NCBI GenBank assembly: GCA_022825065.1
Contig: JAJDYR010000011.1
Location: forward strand, 42,840-106,839
From: a bacterium
GTDB lineage: Bacteria > UBA8248
Length of the DNA: 64,000 nt
Reading direction: 5' to 3'
Shown: positions 25,092 to 34,514 of the stretch, piece by piece
Layout of the letters: each line of letters starts with the position of its first letter
Position numbering within the stretch: the stretch's first letter is position 1
Made by a program: the position numbers and the translations under genes
Notes under the pieces: model-generated
What the model saw: the letters and a program-made list of their open reading frames with translations, nothing else
The model's database searches: none
Told to the model about the DNA's origin: nothing

Positions 25092-27578
25092 GTGATCGGC
25101 GCCGGCATCGTCGGGAATTGCCTGGTGGGGCACCTGGCGGAGCTGGGCTGGGAGGACCTGGTGCTGATCGAAAAAGGGCCGCTGCCCAACCCCGGCGGCT
25201 CGACCGGCCACGCGTCGAACTTCATCTTCCCCACCGATCACGACCGCGAAATCACGCTGCTGACGCTGGAGAGCCAGCGCCAGTACGCCGCGCTCGGCGT
25301 CAACACCACGTGCGGCGGCATCGAAGTGGCGCGCACGGAAGAGCGCATGGAAGAGCTGCGCCGGCGGATGACCTCGGCGCTGTGCCGGGGCATCGAGGCC
25401 GAGCTGCTCGATCCCGCAGGCGTGGTCGCAAAAGTGCCGTTCGTGAACGGCGACGTGATCCTGGGCGGCTTCTACACGCCGAGCGTATCGGTGGTCGACC
25501 CCGTCCGGGCGGGCGCCATCATGCGCGAGCGGGCGCAGGCCAGAGGAGCGCTGACCGTGCTGGAGGGCACCGAGGTCACGGGGCTCGAGGTGTCGCGCCC
25601 GCCGTTCGGCCGTCCGCGGGTCCGGGCCGTGGCGACGACGCGCGGCGAGATAGAAGTGGAGCAGGTGGTGATCGCGTGCGGCGTCTGGAGCCCGCGGGTC
25701 GCCGCGCTCGCCGGAGCGACCATCCCGCTCACCCCGGCGGTGCACCAGATGGCCGACATGGGCTCGATCGACCTGCTCCGAAGGACGGGAAACGAGATCG
25801 ACTATCCCATCGTCCGCGACATGGACACCTTCATGTACGAGCGGCAGAGCCACGAGGCGATGGAGATCGGCTCCTACGCCCACCGCCCCATCCTGGTGCG
25901 TCCCGACGACATCCCTTCCAATGCGGAGGCGGAGCGGACGCCCACCGAGCTGCCCTTCACCGGCGACGACTTCGCTCCGCAGCTCGAACACGCCCGGGCG
26001 ATCATGGGCGAGTTGCTCGCCGGCTCCGAGATGCAGTATTCGGTGAACGGACTGCTCTCCCTGACGCCGGATGCGCGGCAGGTGCTGGGCGAGACCGCCG
26101 AGGTGGAAAAGCTCTGGTCTGCGGCCGCCGTCTGGATCAAGGAGGGCCCCGGCACGGCGCGCCTGATCGCCGAGTGGATCACCCACGGCTATCCGCGCCT
26201 GTGCGACCCGCACGGCTCGGACATCACGCGGTTCTACCCGCACGAGCGGACCGAGCGGCACATCCGGCAGCGCTGCCGCGAACACTTCAACAAGACGTAC
26301 GGCATCGTGCACCCGCGCGAGCAGTGGGAGTCCGAGCGCGGCATGCACCGGGCGCCGTTCCACGACCGCACCGCGGAACTGGGCGCCGAATTCTTCGAAG
26401 CGCACGGCTGGGAGCGGCCCCAGTGGTACGCGTCGAACGAGGATTTGGTCGAGCGCTACGGCGTTCCGGACCGCCCGCACGAATGGGACCGCCGCTGGTG
26501 GTCGCCGATCATCAACGCGGAGCATCTCCACATGCGGGAGAAAGCCGGGATCGTGGATTTGAGCGCCTTCCAGATCTTCGACGTCTCGGGGCCCGGCGTC
26601 GTGCCCTACCTGGAGCGGCTGGCGGTCAACCCCTGCGACCGTCCGGTGGGTTCTTCGATCTACACCCCGCTGCTGACGACCGACGGCGGGATCCGCGCCG
26701 ACCTCACCATACAGAGGCTGGCGGACGACCGCTTCCGGGTCGTGACCGGCGTCTTCGACGGCGCGCGCGACGAGGTCTGGTTCCGCCGCCATCTACCCGG
26801 GGACGGCTCGGTCCAGTTCGAGAACCTCTCCTCAGCGCTCTGCACCATCGGGGTATGGGGGCCGGACGCCCGCGCGCTGCTCGCAGGGATTACCGACGCC
26901 CCGCTGACGCAGGAGGCGTTTCCCTACGGGACGGCGCAGGAGGTGATTATCGACGGCGTTCCGACGACGATGCTGCGCATTTCCTACGTGGGCGAGAGCG
27001 GATGGGAGATCTACGCGCGGGCGTCGCACGGCGCGCGCCTGTGGGACGCGATTCGGGAGGCGGGCCGCGCTTTCGACGCCCGGCCCGTCGGCATCGGCGT
27101 CTACGGCGCCACGGGACGCCTGGAAAAGGGATACGCGCTCATGGGCGCCGATCTCACTGCCGAATACTCGCCGGTGGAGGCGGGCCTGGCGCGGCCCCGC
27201 GTGAAGTCCGCGGATTTCATCGGGAAAGAAGCCTACCTGCAGGCGCGCGCAGATGGTCCGGCGGCGAAGCTGTGTACGCTGACGGTCGACGACCACGCCG
27301 GCGAATCAGGCGCGCCCCGGTTCCCCGCCGGCAGCAGCGAACCGATCCTGACGCTCGGGGGGGAGCGCCTCGTCGACGCCAAGGGAAGAGAGTCCTTCGT
27401 CACCTCGGCCGGCTCGGGACCCTCCCTCGGCCAATACCTCCTGCTGGCCTATCTGCCGGTCGAACACGCGGCGGTCGATAACAAGCTGCAGGTGCAATAC
27501 ATGAACGAGCGCCTCCCGGTGAGCGTGGCTCCGCGCTCGGCGATGTTCGACCCCGAGAACGCCCGCATGAAAGCATAG
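25092..27578 (+). CDS. FAD-dependent oxidoreductase fused to a GcvT-like domain (dimethylglycine/sarcosine dehydrogenase family)
   Basis: 828 aa. N-terminal DAO dinucleotide fold (I)AVIGAGIVGNCL and a C-terminal aminomethyltransferase-like region. The first canonical start (GTG 25092) lies inside the GxGxxG strand, so the true start is uncertain. Confidence 0.8.
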   Translation: MIGAGIVGNCLVGHLAELGWEDLVLIEKGPLPNPGGSTGHASNFIFPTDHDREITLLTLESQRQYAALGVNTTCGGIEVARTEERMEELRRRMTSALCRGIEAELLDPAGVVAKVPFVNGDVILGGFYTPSVSVVDPVRAGAIMRERAQARGALTVLEGTEVTGLEVSRPPFGRPRVRAVATTRGEIEVEQVVIACGVWSPRVAALAGATIPLTPAVHQMADMGSIDLLRRTGNEIDYPIVRDMDTFMYERQSHEAMEIGSYAHRPILVRPDDIPSNAEAERTPTELPFTGDDFAPQLEHARAIMGELLAGSEMQYSVNGLLSLTPDARQVLGETAEVEKLWSAAAVWIKEGPGTARLIAEWITHGYPRLCDPHGSDITRFYPHERTERHIRQRCREHFNKTYGIVHPREQWESERGMHRAPFHDRTAELGAEFFEAHGWERPQWYASNEDLVERYGVPDRPHEWDRRWWSPIINAEHLHMREKAGIVDLSAFQIFDVSGPGVVPYLERLAVNPCDRPVGSSIYTPLLTTDGGIRADLTIQRLADDRFRVVTGVFDGARDEVWFRRHLPGDGSVQFENLSSALCTIGVWGPDARALLAGITDAPLTQEAFPYGTAQEVIIDGVPTTMLRISYVGESGWEIYARASHGARLWDAIREAGRAFDARPVGIGVYGATGRLEKGYALMGADLTAEYSPVEAGLARPRVKSADFIGKEAYLQARADGPAAKLCTLTVDDHAGESGAPRFPAGSSEPILTLGGERLVDAKGRESFVTSAGSGPSLGQYLLLAYLPVEHAAVDNKLQVQYMNERLPVSVAPRSAMFDPENARMKA

Positions 27579-27637
27579 CCGGACGAGGCGCCGGACGGCC
27601 CGGCCAACCGACGGGAGAGAAGAGAACCATCCCTTGC

Positions 27638-28113
27638 GGGGGTTGTTGAAAAAGCCGGAGAGAGAAAATTAGCTTGTGTGTAGGGGTCGCATATATGCGA
27701 CCCTGATTTTTCCCACCCATTACAAGGGCCGCATATATGCGGCCCCTACAAAAACCGTCCCCTCCCGGGTCGTGTCAAACCCTCGTCTTGTATGGCCACC
27801 CTATCGACCTCATCCTGAGTAGGCGCGCAAGCGCCGTATCGAAGGATGGGAGACGCAAACGCTCCCTCCGTGGGGTTGTTGAAAAAGCCCCTGAGAAGGT
27901 AATGGCCCCCCTGAAAGGGAAACCCCATAAAGGCAACCCCCCCTACCCCCCCTTGTCAGGGGGGTATAAAAAGGCAACGCCCACCGCCGGTAGAAGGACT
28001 TTTTTTCTTGTCCCCCTGACAAGGGGGGGTGGGGGGGTTGGTTTTCGTACGAACCTCCCTCCCCGTTTGGTTCCATACGCCGCATCACGAAATCAGGCCT
28101 GTTTCAACGTCCC
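27638..28113. repeat. Composite mosaic element E5 (72-bp double hairpin 27679-27750, a further hairpin module, second left end 27872-27890, C7TAC7 core 27933-28041, degenerate right end)
   Basis: gggggttgttgaaaaagcc at 27638 and ggggttgttgaaaaagccc at 27872. The degenerate right end ggcctgtttcaacgtccc (28096-28113) overlaps the last codons of the convergent PrpD-family gene. Confidence 0.8.
27683..27712 (+). terminator. Terminator-like hairpin within E5, downstream of the dehydrogenase gene
   Basis: GGGGTCGCATATATGCGACCC followed by tgaTTTTTccc on the + strand, co-oriented with the gene ending at 27578. Confidence 0.5.
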
Positions 28114-29460
28114 CTGCGAAACCACCCCTCCCACCGCATTGTCGAAAACCACCACCGGATCGAAATCCGCGATATCCACCTCAGGCAACGAAACGCCGGC
28201 GTAAGCTCCCGCCGTGTGGAACTTCTCGAGCAGTTCCGCATCGCTCAGCGGCCTCTCCGGCATCCCGCGGGCCATACCGCAAAAGCCGGTGGCGGAGCGG
28301 CCGTCGCTCAGGGTCAGCGTGAGGCGGGTGCTTTCGGGGTATTTCGCGCGCATGGCGTCGGTGGAGAGATCAGGCGCGCGCTTCACGCTCACCCGCGCCA
28401 TGAGGGAGGACATCTGCGGGCTGACGGCGGCGCCGGGCGCCAGGTCTTCGAAGCGCACCCGGCCGTGGATCGCGGCGCAGGCCAGGGCGTAAGGCAGGCT
28501 GAACTGCATCTCCTGCGGCGTGGCCGGATTCGGGAAGACGAGGCTCTCATGGACGAGCTTCGGCACCTCGGCGTGAACCCCTGCGACCTCGTTCACGCTC
28601 GCGCCGAGTTCCGCCATGAGTTCGTTCATCTGCTCGATGGCCGCGAGCGCCGCCGAACATACCGGAGAGGTCTTGAACAGAAGGCCCGGCTCGCACAGGC
28701 GCCAGCGCCGGCCGATGGTGTCGAGCTCGGCCTCTACGGCCTCACCCCGGTTCAACAGCTTCAGGAAACCCCGGCTATCCTCGAACGCGTCTTCAGGCCC
28801 CGTAAGCCCGGCCCCGGCCGCCCGGGCGAGCGTAACGGCCCGGCGCGCGGTCTCCCCGACGAGCAGCGGCTTGGCGTCCGTGCCCAATACGGCCTTCCCG
28901 CCGCCTGTGGCGGCCGCGGCCAGGCCGATAGCGCTCGTCATCGCGTCCTCATCGAGACCGAGCAGACATCCTGCGGCAGCGGTCGCGCCCGTGAGGCCGA
29001 AAGTCACCGTACTCCACCAGCCGTCGAAATAGTGATCGTGCGTGCAAACCTCGGCGAGGGTGTACGCCACTTCCGAACCCGCGACGAAGGCGCGGCGAAG
29101 CGCGTCGGCGCCGGAGCCTGTTTCCTGCGCGAGGGCCATGGCGGCGGGCAGCACCACCGCCGAGCCGTGCATGATGCCCGTGTAGGAGGTATCGTCGAAA
29201 TCCCAGACGTGCGCCGCCGTTCCGTTCACGAGCGCGGCGGCTTCGGCGCCCGCGCGCCCGCCCGTCGTCAGCGTCGCCCTCCCCTCCCCGCGCGCCGTAG
29301 CCTGAGCCAGGGCGCGCACCGATGGATGGGCGCCCCCTGCGAGCATGACGCCCAGGGTGTCGAGCATGGCCCTGTCCGCAGCCGTCCTGACCTCGGGATC
29401 GGCCCGCTCCAGATCGCAGGCGAACGCCGCGAATCGTCTGGCGATTGACGGTGTTTTCAT
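28093..29460 (-). CDS. MmgE/PrpD-family protein (2-methylcitrate dehydratase-like)
   Basis: Start MKTPSIARRFAAFACDL (ATG at complement of 29458-29460). A typical PrpD N-terminal pattern (...MLDTLGVMLAGG.HPSV..L) over a 455-aa length. Confidence 0.8.
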   Translation of the reverse strand: MKTPSIARRFAAFACDLERADPEVRTAADRAMLDTLGVMLAGGAHPSVRALAQATARGEGRATLTTGGRAGAEAAALVNGTAAHVWDFDDTSYTGIMHGSAVVLPAAMALAQETGSGADALRRAFVAGSEVAYTLAEVCTHDHYFDGWWSTVTFGLTGATAAAGCLLGLDEDAMTSAIGLAAAATGGGKAVLGTDAKPLLVGETARRAVTLARAAGAGLTGPEDAFEDSRGFLKLLNRGEAVEAELDTIGRRWRLCEPGLLFKTSPVCSAALAAIEQMNELMAELGASVNEVAGVHAEVPKLVHESLVFPNPATPQEMQFSLPYALACAAIHGRVRFEDLAPGAAVSPQMSSLMARVSVKRAPDLSTDAMRAKYPESTRLTLTLSDGRSATGFCGMARGMPERPLSDAELLEKFHTAGAYAGVSLPEVDIADFDPVVVFDNAVGGVVSQGTLKQA

Positions 29461-29677
29461 GTGGCGATGCCGTTCCGGGGCGAGGGGAAACGAGGCCGTA
29501 ACGGAGATGACCGCTACGGGTTCCGGGAAGGATAAACCATTCGGGAAATTTCGGGAACCAAAAAACGGCAAGCGGTATCAGAATCGCCTGCATCCTGTGG
29601 ACGGCCATGCAGGATATATATCCACTCCCGCGGGGCGTTTACCCGACCGGGAGGACAATCCCGCATTATCTCCTGCA

Positions 29678-29986
29678 AGGGGTTGTTGAAAAAGTCCTTG
29701 CCCGACTTTCGGGATCGTTCGCCACAGGGACAGGTCGCGACCTGTCCCTACAAAGGCAACCCCCCTACCCCCCTTGTCAGGGGGGCAAGAAAGAACAAAA
29801 CCCCGGCGAGGAGGGAGCAAGAAAAAAAGAAGGCTCCCCCCGACAGGGGGGAACAACAAAAAGACCCCCCTGACAAGGGGGGGTAGGGGGGGTTGCTTTT
29901 GTCCCCTGACAAGAGGGGTTGGGGAGTTGATCGCGGCCACGCAGGGAGCGTTCGCTCCCTTGATAAAGGCCTTTTCAACAGGCCCT
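29678..29986. repeat. TIR-bounded mosaic element E6 (GGGACAGG hairpin plus C7TAC7 core 29756-29896, variant inner module)
   Basis: aaggggttgttgaaaaagtcc ... aggccttttcaacaggccc. Contains gggacaggtcgcgacctgtccctacaaagg. It ends 2 nt before the stop at 29989. Confidence 0.85.
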
Positions 29987-29988
29987 CC

Positions 29989-30408
29989 TCAGTCGAGCCC
30001 TCTCCTCCCCTTCACCCACAGCGCCGCGCGGCGCAATCTTTGGAACCACGGGTAGAACGCGCGGACGCGCGCGGGACTCGAGGCGAACCATTTGGAGAGC
30101 CCCCCGAACCAGCCGGCTCCGCTCGTCATCGCTTCGAGCGCCGTCATCGCCTCGGCGCCCTGGTAGCTCCGGCCTCCTGTGACGAGAACCATCCCCTCAT
30201 CGACCTCACAACCCTGTGCGCGCATCTCACTGATTAGATCGGGCGCACGGTTCGCATCGATGAGCGTCAGGGGCCGTCCCTCCGGCGTCTCGAACCCGGA
30301 TTTCCGCGCATAGAAGCTGCAGAACGGGCACTCGCCGTCATAGAGCAGAAAGTCGTCCTGCATGGATTCTTCAGCAGACTCGTTACGGTCGACTTCGGGT
30401 GAAGTCAT
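29989..30408 (-). CDS. DCC-family thiol-disulfide oxidoreductase (DUF393)
   Basis: Start MTSPEVD preceded by GGAGGAGG. The family signature LLYDGECPFCSFY (YDGxCxxC). Confidence 0.65.
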   Translation of the reverse strand: MTSPEVDRNESAEESMQDDFLLYDGECPFCSFYARKSGFETPEGRPLTLIDANRAPDLISEMRAQGCEVDEGMVLVTGGRSYQGAEAMTALEAMTSGAGWFGGLSKWFASSPARVRAFYPWFQRLRRAALWVKGRRGLD

Positions 30409-30465
30409 GGTCGCCTCCTCCGTTTCCACGTCCGCATTCTCCGCCAAAACAGGATGGACACTCAA

Positions 30466-30927
30466 TCACATGTTTTGGATATGCCTGAAGTTCACCGCGG
30501 TATCCTGATCTTTCGCCAAGGCCGCAAGGTAAAGGTCGAGGTCCACGGTAAGCAAAGGCGTCTCAACAGTGGCGACTTCCAGGAGTGCGGCGTCGGTCAG
30601 ACCGAGGCGCCTGAACTCCCTGTTTTGTGAGGCGACTTCGCTGATGACTTGTATTTCCCTGCTATCTTCAATGGTGAACCGTAGTTGATCGAAAAAGCGG
30701 GAACGCTCGGGCTCTCCGTGTTGAGCAAGCAGGTTGGATGTTTCAGTAAGTGTATTCGGGGTGACGAATGCCTGCTCGACACGGTCGAGCAGGTTGCGGA
30801 GGATCCGGTAATCTTCGACTACGAATTGCTGCAAGCGACTATGCTTGGTTATGAACTCCTCTCCCACTCGGCCCACTACGAGCAACACGAGAAGATTCGC
30901 GTCGATGAAAAACCCGGCCGGGGGCAT
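30466..30927 (-). CDS. PIN-domain protein (putative toxin nuclease)
   Basis: 153 aa. N-terminal FFIDANLLV (first acidic residue), TETSNL, LGLTDAALLEV and TVDLDLY give the PIN acidic quartet pattern. Lies in a lower-GC islet. Confidence 0.6.
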   Translation of the reverse strand: MPPAGFFIDANLLVLLVVGRVGEEFITKHSRLQQFVVEDYRILRNLLDRVEQAFVTPNTLTETSNLLAQHGEPERSRFFDQLRFTIEDSREIQVISEVASQNREFRRLGLTDAALLEVATVETPLLTVDLDLYLAALAKDQDTAVNFRHIQNM

Positions 30928-30931
30928 GCAA

Positions 30932-31216
30932 TTATTCAGAAACGGCAGGCAGAACGCGATCCGTTACTGATGTCACGTGACCGTTTTGCTTGTTAATACT
31001 TACGACTTTATAGGAGCGCGCTTCGTGCTCTTTGCCGAACACGGTGGTCAACGTGCCTCGCTGAGACAGTGGACGGTAAAAACCGATGGTTATCTTCCAT
31101 TCGCTTGACCCCAAGTCGAGATCAACTTCTTCAAGTCCGACACCCGTGATCGCCTCATCACCGAAGAGATCGGTAATGTATTCCTTCGCCGTTTGCACGG
31201 CTTCCCTGACTTCCAT
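30932..31216 (-). CDS. Small hypothetical protein upstream of and coupled to the PIN gene
   Basis: Start MEVREAVQTAKEYI after GGAGA (ATG at complement of 31214-31216). 94 aa, with 4 nt between its stop and the PIN start. I see no RHH, AbrB or Phd-like DNA-binding motif. Confidence 0.5.
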   Translation of the reverse strand: MEVREAVQTAKEYITDLFGDEAITGVGLEEVDLDLGSSEWKITIGFYRPLSQRGTLTTVFGKEHEARSYKVVSINKQNGHVTSVTDRVLPAVSE

Positions 31217-31307
31217 TGGAGTCTCCTTTTCGCTCTTTCGTTCTCGGGTCCTCCAAGGATAGGCATAATACGGCACTGAGGCAGGGACAAGCAAACCACC
31301 TGTTTTC

Positions 31308-31494
31308 GGGGTTGTTGAAAAAGCCTGCAATGCCGGCAATGGGATACCGCCTTGCCGAAGGGATTGTAGGGGCCGCATATATGCGGCCCGAGTTCCGCCG
31401 TCGAAAAACAGGGACGCATACTATGCGTCCCCTACAAAACCACCCCCTCCACGGTCGCGTCGAATCCTCGTTAATCGGGGCTTTTTCAACAACC
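31308..31494. repeat. TIR-bounded mosaic element E7 (cargo: 72-bp GTAGGGG double hairpin 31365-31436, opposite orientation)
   Basis: ggggttgttgaaaaagcc ... ggggctttttcaacaacc. Cargo: tgtaggggccgcatatatgcggccc-...-gggacgcatactatgcgtcccctaca. Confidence 0.85.
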
Positions 31495-31519
31495 TCTTTT
31501 CCTAGTGGATCGTCCCCCC

Positions 31520-33286
31520 CTACCACCCCACAGCGTAGGACTCGCGCCTCGGGTCGGCTCCTGCGAGCAGGAAACCCGTCCCGGGGTCTTTCACGATGGC
31601 GCAGACGCTGCCGGGCGGCCAACTGAAATCGGGCCACGAACCCATCTTGTAGCCCATCCCGGTGAGCGCGCCACCTGCGTCATTCAAGAGCCGCGCCTCC
31701 GCCCGCGCGCTCGCGGGTTCGTAGGCATGGGGCCAGAAGGAGTTGGGGAAATTGGCGGTGGCCGCCCTCGGCGCTTCGATCGCCATCTGCGGCGGCATTT
31801 CGAACAGGACGTGGTTCAGGAACACCTGCAGCATGGCCTGGGGCTGGACGTCGCCGCCCGGGGTGCCCAGCGTCATGTAGAACGCGCCGTCCTTGAGGGT
31901 GAGGGCGGGGTTCGGCGTAAGCCGGGGCCGCTTCCAGGGCGCCAGGCAGCTCGGGTGCGCCGGGTCGAGCCAGCTCTGGGAGCCGCGCCCCGAGACGGTC
32001 GCACCCACGCCGGGGACGAATGGCATGGAGTTCGCGGGGTCCGAAGGCGTGCAGGAGAAGGCGTTTCCCTCCGAATCCACCGCGGTGCAATAAGATGTGT
32101 CGTGCTGGTATTCGGCCCCTGAAACTTGCGGAACGCGGTGCGCGCCGTCATAGCGCCACGGATGAGCGCCCCCCTGTTGCGCCCAGGGGTCTCCGGGTTC
32201 GGGCATGTCGGGAAACGCCTTGGTCATATCGACGCGCGCCGCCTGCTTCGCGGCGTATTCCTTGGAGAGAAGGCCGTCTATCGGCACATCCACGAATTCG
32301 GGGTCGCCGATAAAGGCCTCCCTGTCCGCAAACGCAAGGTTGAGCGCGCTCATGAGGGCGTGGAGGTAGTCTGCGGAATTGTGGCCCAGGGCCTTGAGGT
32401 CGAAGTTGGCGAGGATGTTCATCGCCTCGAGCAGCGTCGGCCCCTGGCACCACGGGCCGCAGGCGTAGACCTCATGCCCCAGGTATTCCGTAACCACCGG
32501 TTCTTCTTCCAGGACATGGAAATCCGCCAGATCGTCCAACGTCATCAGGCCGCCCTCTCGCTGGATGAAGTCGATCATCAGGCGGGCCGTCTCGCCGGTG
32601 TAGACCTCATCGCGCGCCGCGCGCACGCCCCCGCCGCGACCGCCGCCCGCTCTTTGCTCCGCGCGCACCATGCGCAGCATCGTCTCGGCCAGATCGGGGA
32701 TCCTCACCCGCCCGCCCACGGGGATGAGCTCGCCGCCGGGGAAATAGACGGGCCGCGTCGATTCCCAGCGGTAATAATCTTGTTCGGCTGATTTGATGTG
32801 GTCGTACATGAAGTGGTGCATGGCGAAGCCGTCTTCGGCCAGGGAGATGGCGTCCTGAGCGACCTCCGCAAAGGTCATCGTGCCGTAGCGCGCAAGCGCC
32901 GTGAGCCAGGCGTCTATCGCCGCGGGCGTGACGGCGCGGCGAACGCCCGGGGGAATCTCGCCGCCGCAGTTTTTCTCGAACCACTCGATGGAGGCCGCCT
33001 TGGGCCAGCGGCCCAGGCCGCTGATGGTGAGGACGCGGCGCTCTTTCGCCAGGTAGATGATCGTGGGCGCGACGCCCAGGAACGACACCATGTCGGAGTG
33101 GAGGACGCTCAGGCAGATACCGGCGGCGACGCCTGCGTCTATTGCGTTGCCTCCCTTCTCCAAGATTCTCAGGCCCGCCTGGCTCGCGTAGTGATGGCCG
33201 GAGGCGACCATCGCCTCGCGCGCGGAAACCTGCGGCCTGTGGGAGATGTATTCGCGTCCCTCGGGGGTGGTGTGGCGAAACGCCAT
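31520..33286 (-). CDS. ggt: Gamma-glutamyltransferase family protein
   Basis: Start MAFRHTTPEG after GAGGAGG (ATG at complement of 33284-33286). GGT pattern MVASGHHYASQAG..IL.KGGNAIDA and the catalytic-Thr region HDTSYCTAVDSEGNAFSCTPS. Confidence 0.85.
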   Translation of the reverse strand: MAFRHTTPEGREYISHRPQVSAREAMVASGHHYASQAGLRILEKGGNAIDAGVAAGICLSVLHSDMVSFLGVAPTIIYLAKERRVLTISGLGRWPKAASIEWFEKNCGGEIPPGVRRAVTPAAIDAWLTALARYGTMTFAEVAQDAISLAEDGFAMHHFMYDHIKSAEQDYYRWESTRPVYFPGGELIPVGGRVRIPDLAETMLRMVRAEQRAGGGRGGGVRAARDEVYTGETARLMIDFIQREGGLMTLDDLADFHVLEEEPVVTEYLGHEVYACGPWCQGPTLLEAMNILANFDLKALGHNSADYLHALMSALNLAFADREAFIGDPEFVDVPIDGLLSKEYAAKQAARVDMTKAFPDMPEPGDPWAQQGGAHPWRYDGAHRVPQVSGAEYQHDTSYCTAVDSEGNAFSCTPSDPANSMPFVPGVGATVSGRGSQSWLDPAHPSCLAPWKRPRLTPNPALTLKDGAFYMTLGTPGGDVQPQAMLQVFLNHVLFEMPPQMAIEAPRAATANFPNSFWPHAYEPASARAEARLLNDAGGALTGMGYKMGSWPDFSWPPGSVCAIVKDPGTGFLLAGADPRRESYAVGW

Positions 33287-33440
33287 GGGGGTCCTCCTCA
33301 CATAAGAGGCAAGAGTCCCCGCCATCTTGCCAGATGTGTTCCGGGAAGCGCAAAGAGAGTCAAGTTTGATTGGGACCAACTTCGAATACGGGGTTAAGAA
33401 TTGCCCAAAATGTGGTGGGTAAAATCACTCCCCCCTTGAG

Positions 33441-33586
33441 GGGCCTGTTGAAAAGCCTTTGTAAAAGGAGCAACCCCCCCTACCCCCCCTTGTCAGGGGG
33501 GTAAGAAAAAGCAAAACCCCCTCGACCCGGAGGGGGCGCGTCGCCTTTTTATACCCCCCTGACAAGGGGGGGTAGGGGGGGTTGCC
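33441..33586. repeat. Mosaic element E8 (left end plus C7TAC7 core 33470-33586; no right TIR)
   Basis: aaaatcactccccccttgaggggcctgttgaaaagcc, then the core. It ends 15 nt before the stop at 33602. Confidence 0.8.
33502..33538 (-). terminator. Terminator-like module inside the E8 core
   Basis: Minus strand: CGCCCCCTC-cgggtc-GAGGGGG followed by TTTTGCTTTTTCTTA, co-oriented with the gene ending at 33602. Confidence 0.55.
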
Positions 33587-33601
33587 TTTCAAAGCGAGAG
33601 C

Positions 33602-34504
33602 TTACGCCGTGGCTTGCTCCACGAACCGCATATCCACGGCCTGCTCGTAGGAGACGCCCGTCTCTATCAGCCCGCCGCTCAGGCACGCGTCGCGCAGCCA
33701 ATCGAAGCTCGCTTGCGCGAGATATGGATTCCGGTTCCAGAGGCCGATGCTCTTGTAGCGCGCGATGGCCTGAGCCAGAAGATCGAAATCCATATCCTCG
33801 AACCAGGGCTTCACGAGGGAGGCGACGGCCTCCGCGTCGTTCTCCGCGAGCCAGCGCTCGGCCTTTGCCATGGCGCGCGTCATGCCGAGGGCGGATTCGG
33901 GATTCTCCCGCAGGAACGAGCCCGGCGCGTAGAACGCCGTGTAGGTCGTGAGTCCCCGCTCCGCCGCCTGATACCATACGTGGCCCGCGCCTTCCCGGAT
34001 CAACTCCTCGGCGAATGGTTGAAACACCTGGATGACGTCGGCATCGCCCGCGCGCAGAGCGTCCGCGTTCTCGCCCATCGTCCGGTCCGGGATTCTCTTC
34101 AGGGTTTGCGGATCCAGCCCCGCCAGGCGCAGGTCGTGCTGCAGGCACATCCAGGGGGTGGGCACCTCGCTCACCGTGGCGACTTTGGGACCCGCCAGAT
34201 CGCTCATCCGAAATCCTGCGTTCGGCTCGCGACCGATCAGGAAAAACGGGTCGCGGCAGACGACCTCGCAGAACACCTTGAGGCCGCAGTCGGGGTTTTT
34301 GTCGTACGCCACCAGGACGCGCATGGGGCCGCCCCAGCTCACCTGCGCCTCGCCGGACATGAGCAATTCCGCGTTCCGGGCGGGGTCGGGCGACGTCTCG
34401 ATGCGAACGTCGGCGCCCGCCTCCTCATAGGCCCCCAGCGAGAAAGCGGCATAAAACGGCGTGTAGAAAACGGCCCTGAAATTCTCCAGCAGCGTGATGC
34501 TCAC
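33602..34504 (-). CDS. NMT1/THI5-like (NitT/TauT-type) substrate-binding-fold protein, no signal peptide
   Basis: GTG start after GAGGAGG. 300 aa with a periplasmic-binding-protein type 2 pattern (FYTPFYAA..LG.YEE.G.DV...). No hydrophobic leader. Confidence 0.5.
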   Translation of the reverse strand: MSITLLENFRAVFYTPFYAAFSLGAYEEAGADVRIETSPDPARNAELLMSGEAQVSWGGPMRVLVAYDKNPDCGLKVFCEVVCRDPFFLIGREPNAGFRMSDLAGPKVATVSEVPTPWMCLQHDLRLAGLDPQTLKRIPDRTMGENADALRAGDADVIQVFQPFAEELIREGAGHVWYQAAERGLTTYTAFYAPGSFLRENPESALGMTRAMAKAERWLAENDAEAVASLVKPWFEDMDFDLLAQAIARYKSIGLWNRNPYLAQASFDWLRDACLSGGLIETGVSYEQAVDMRFVEQATA

Positions 34505-34514
34505 TTGAACCTCC

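Noticed and set aside
27638-28113. The inner segment of the C7TAC7 elements as an invertible promoter switch (inverton), because it occurs in both orientations between perfect inverted repeats
   Set aside because: The orientation correlates with the strand of the upstream gene, and the segment reads as a hairpin plus U-tract. That fits whole-element insertion in a preferred orientation (a terminator) better than site-specific inversion. No invertase gene is present. Read-level evidence of both orientations at one locus would revive the idea.
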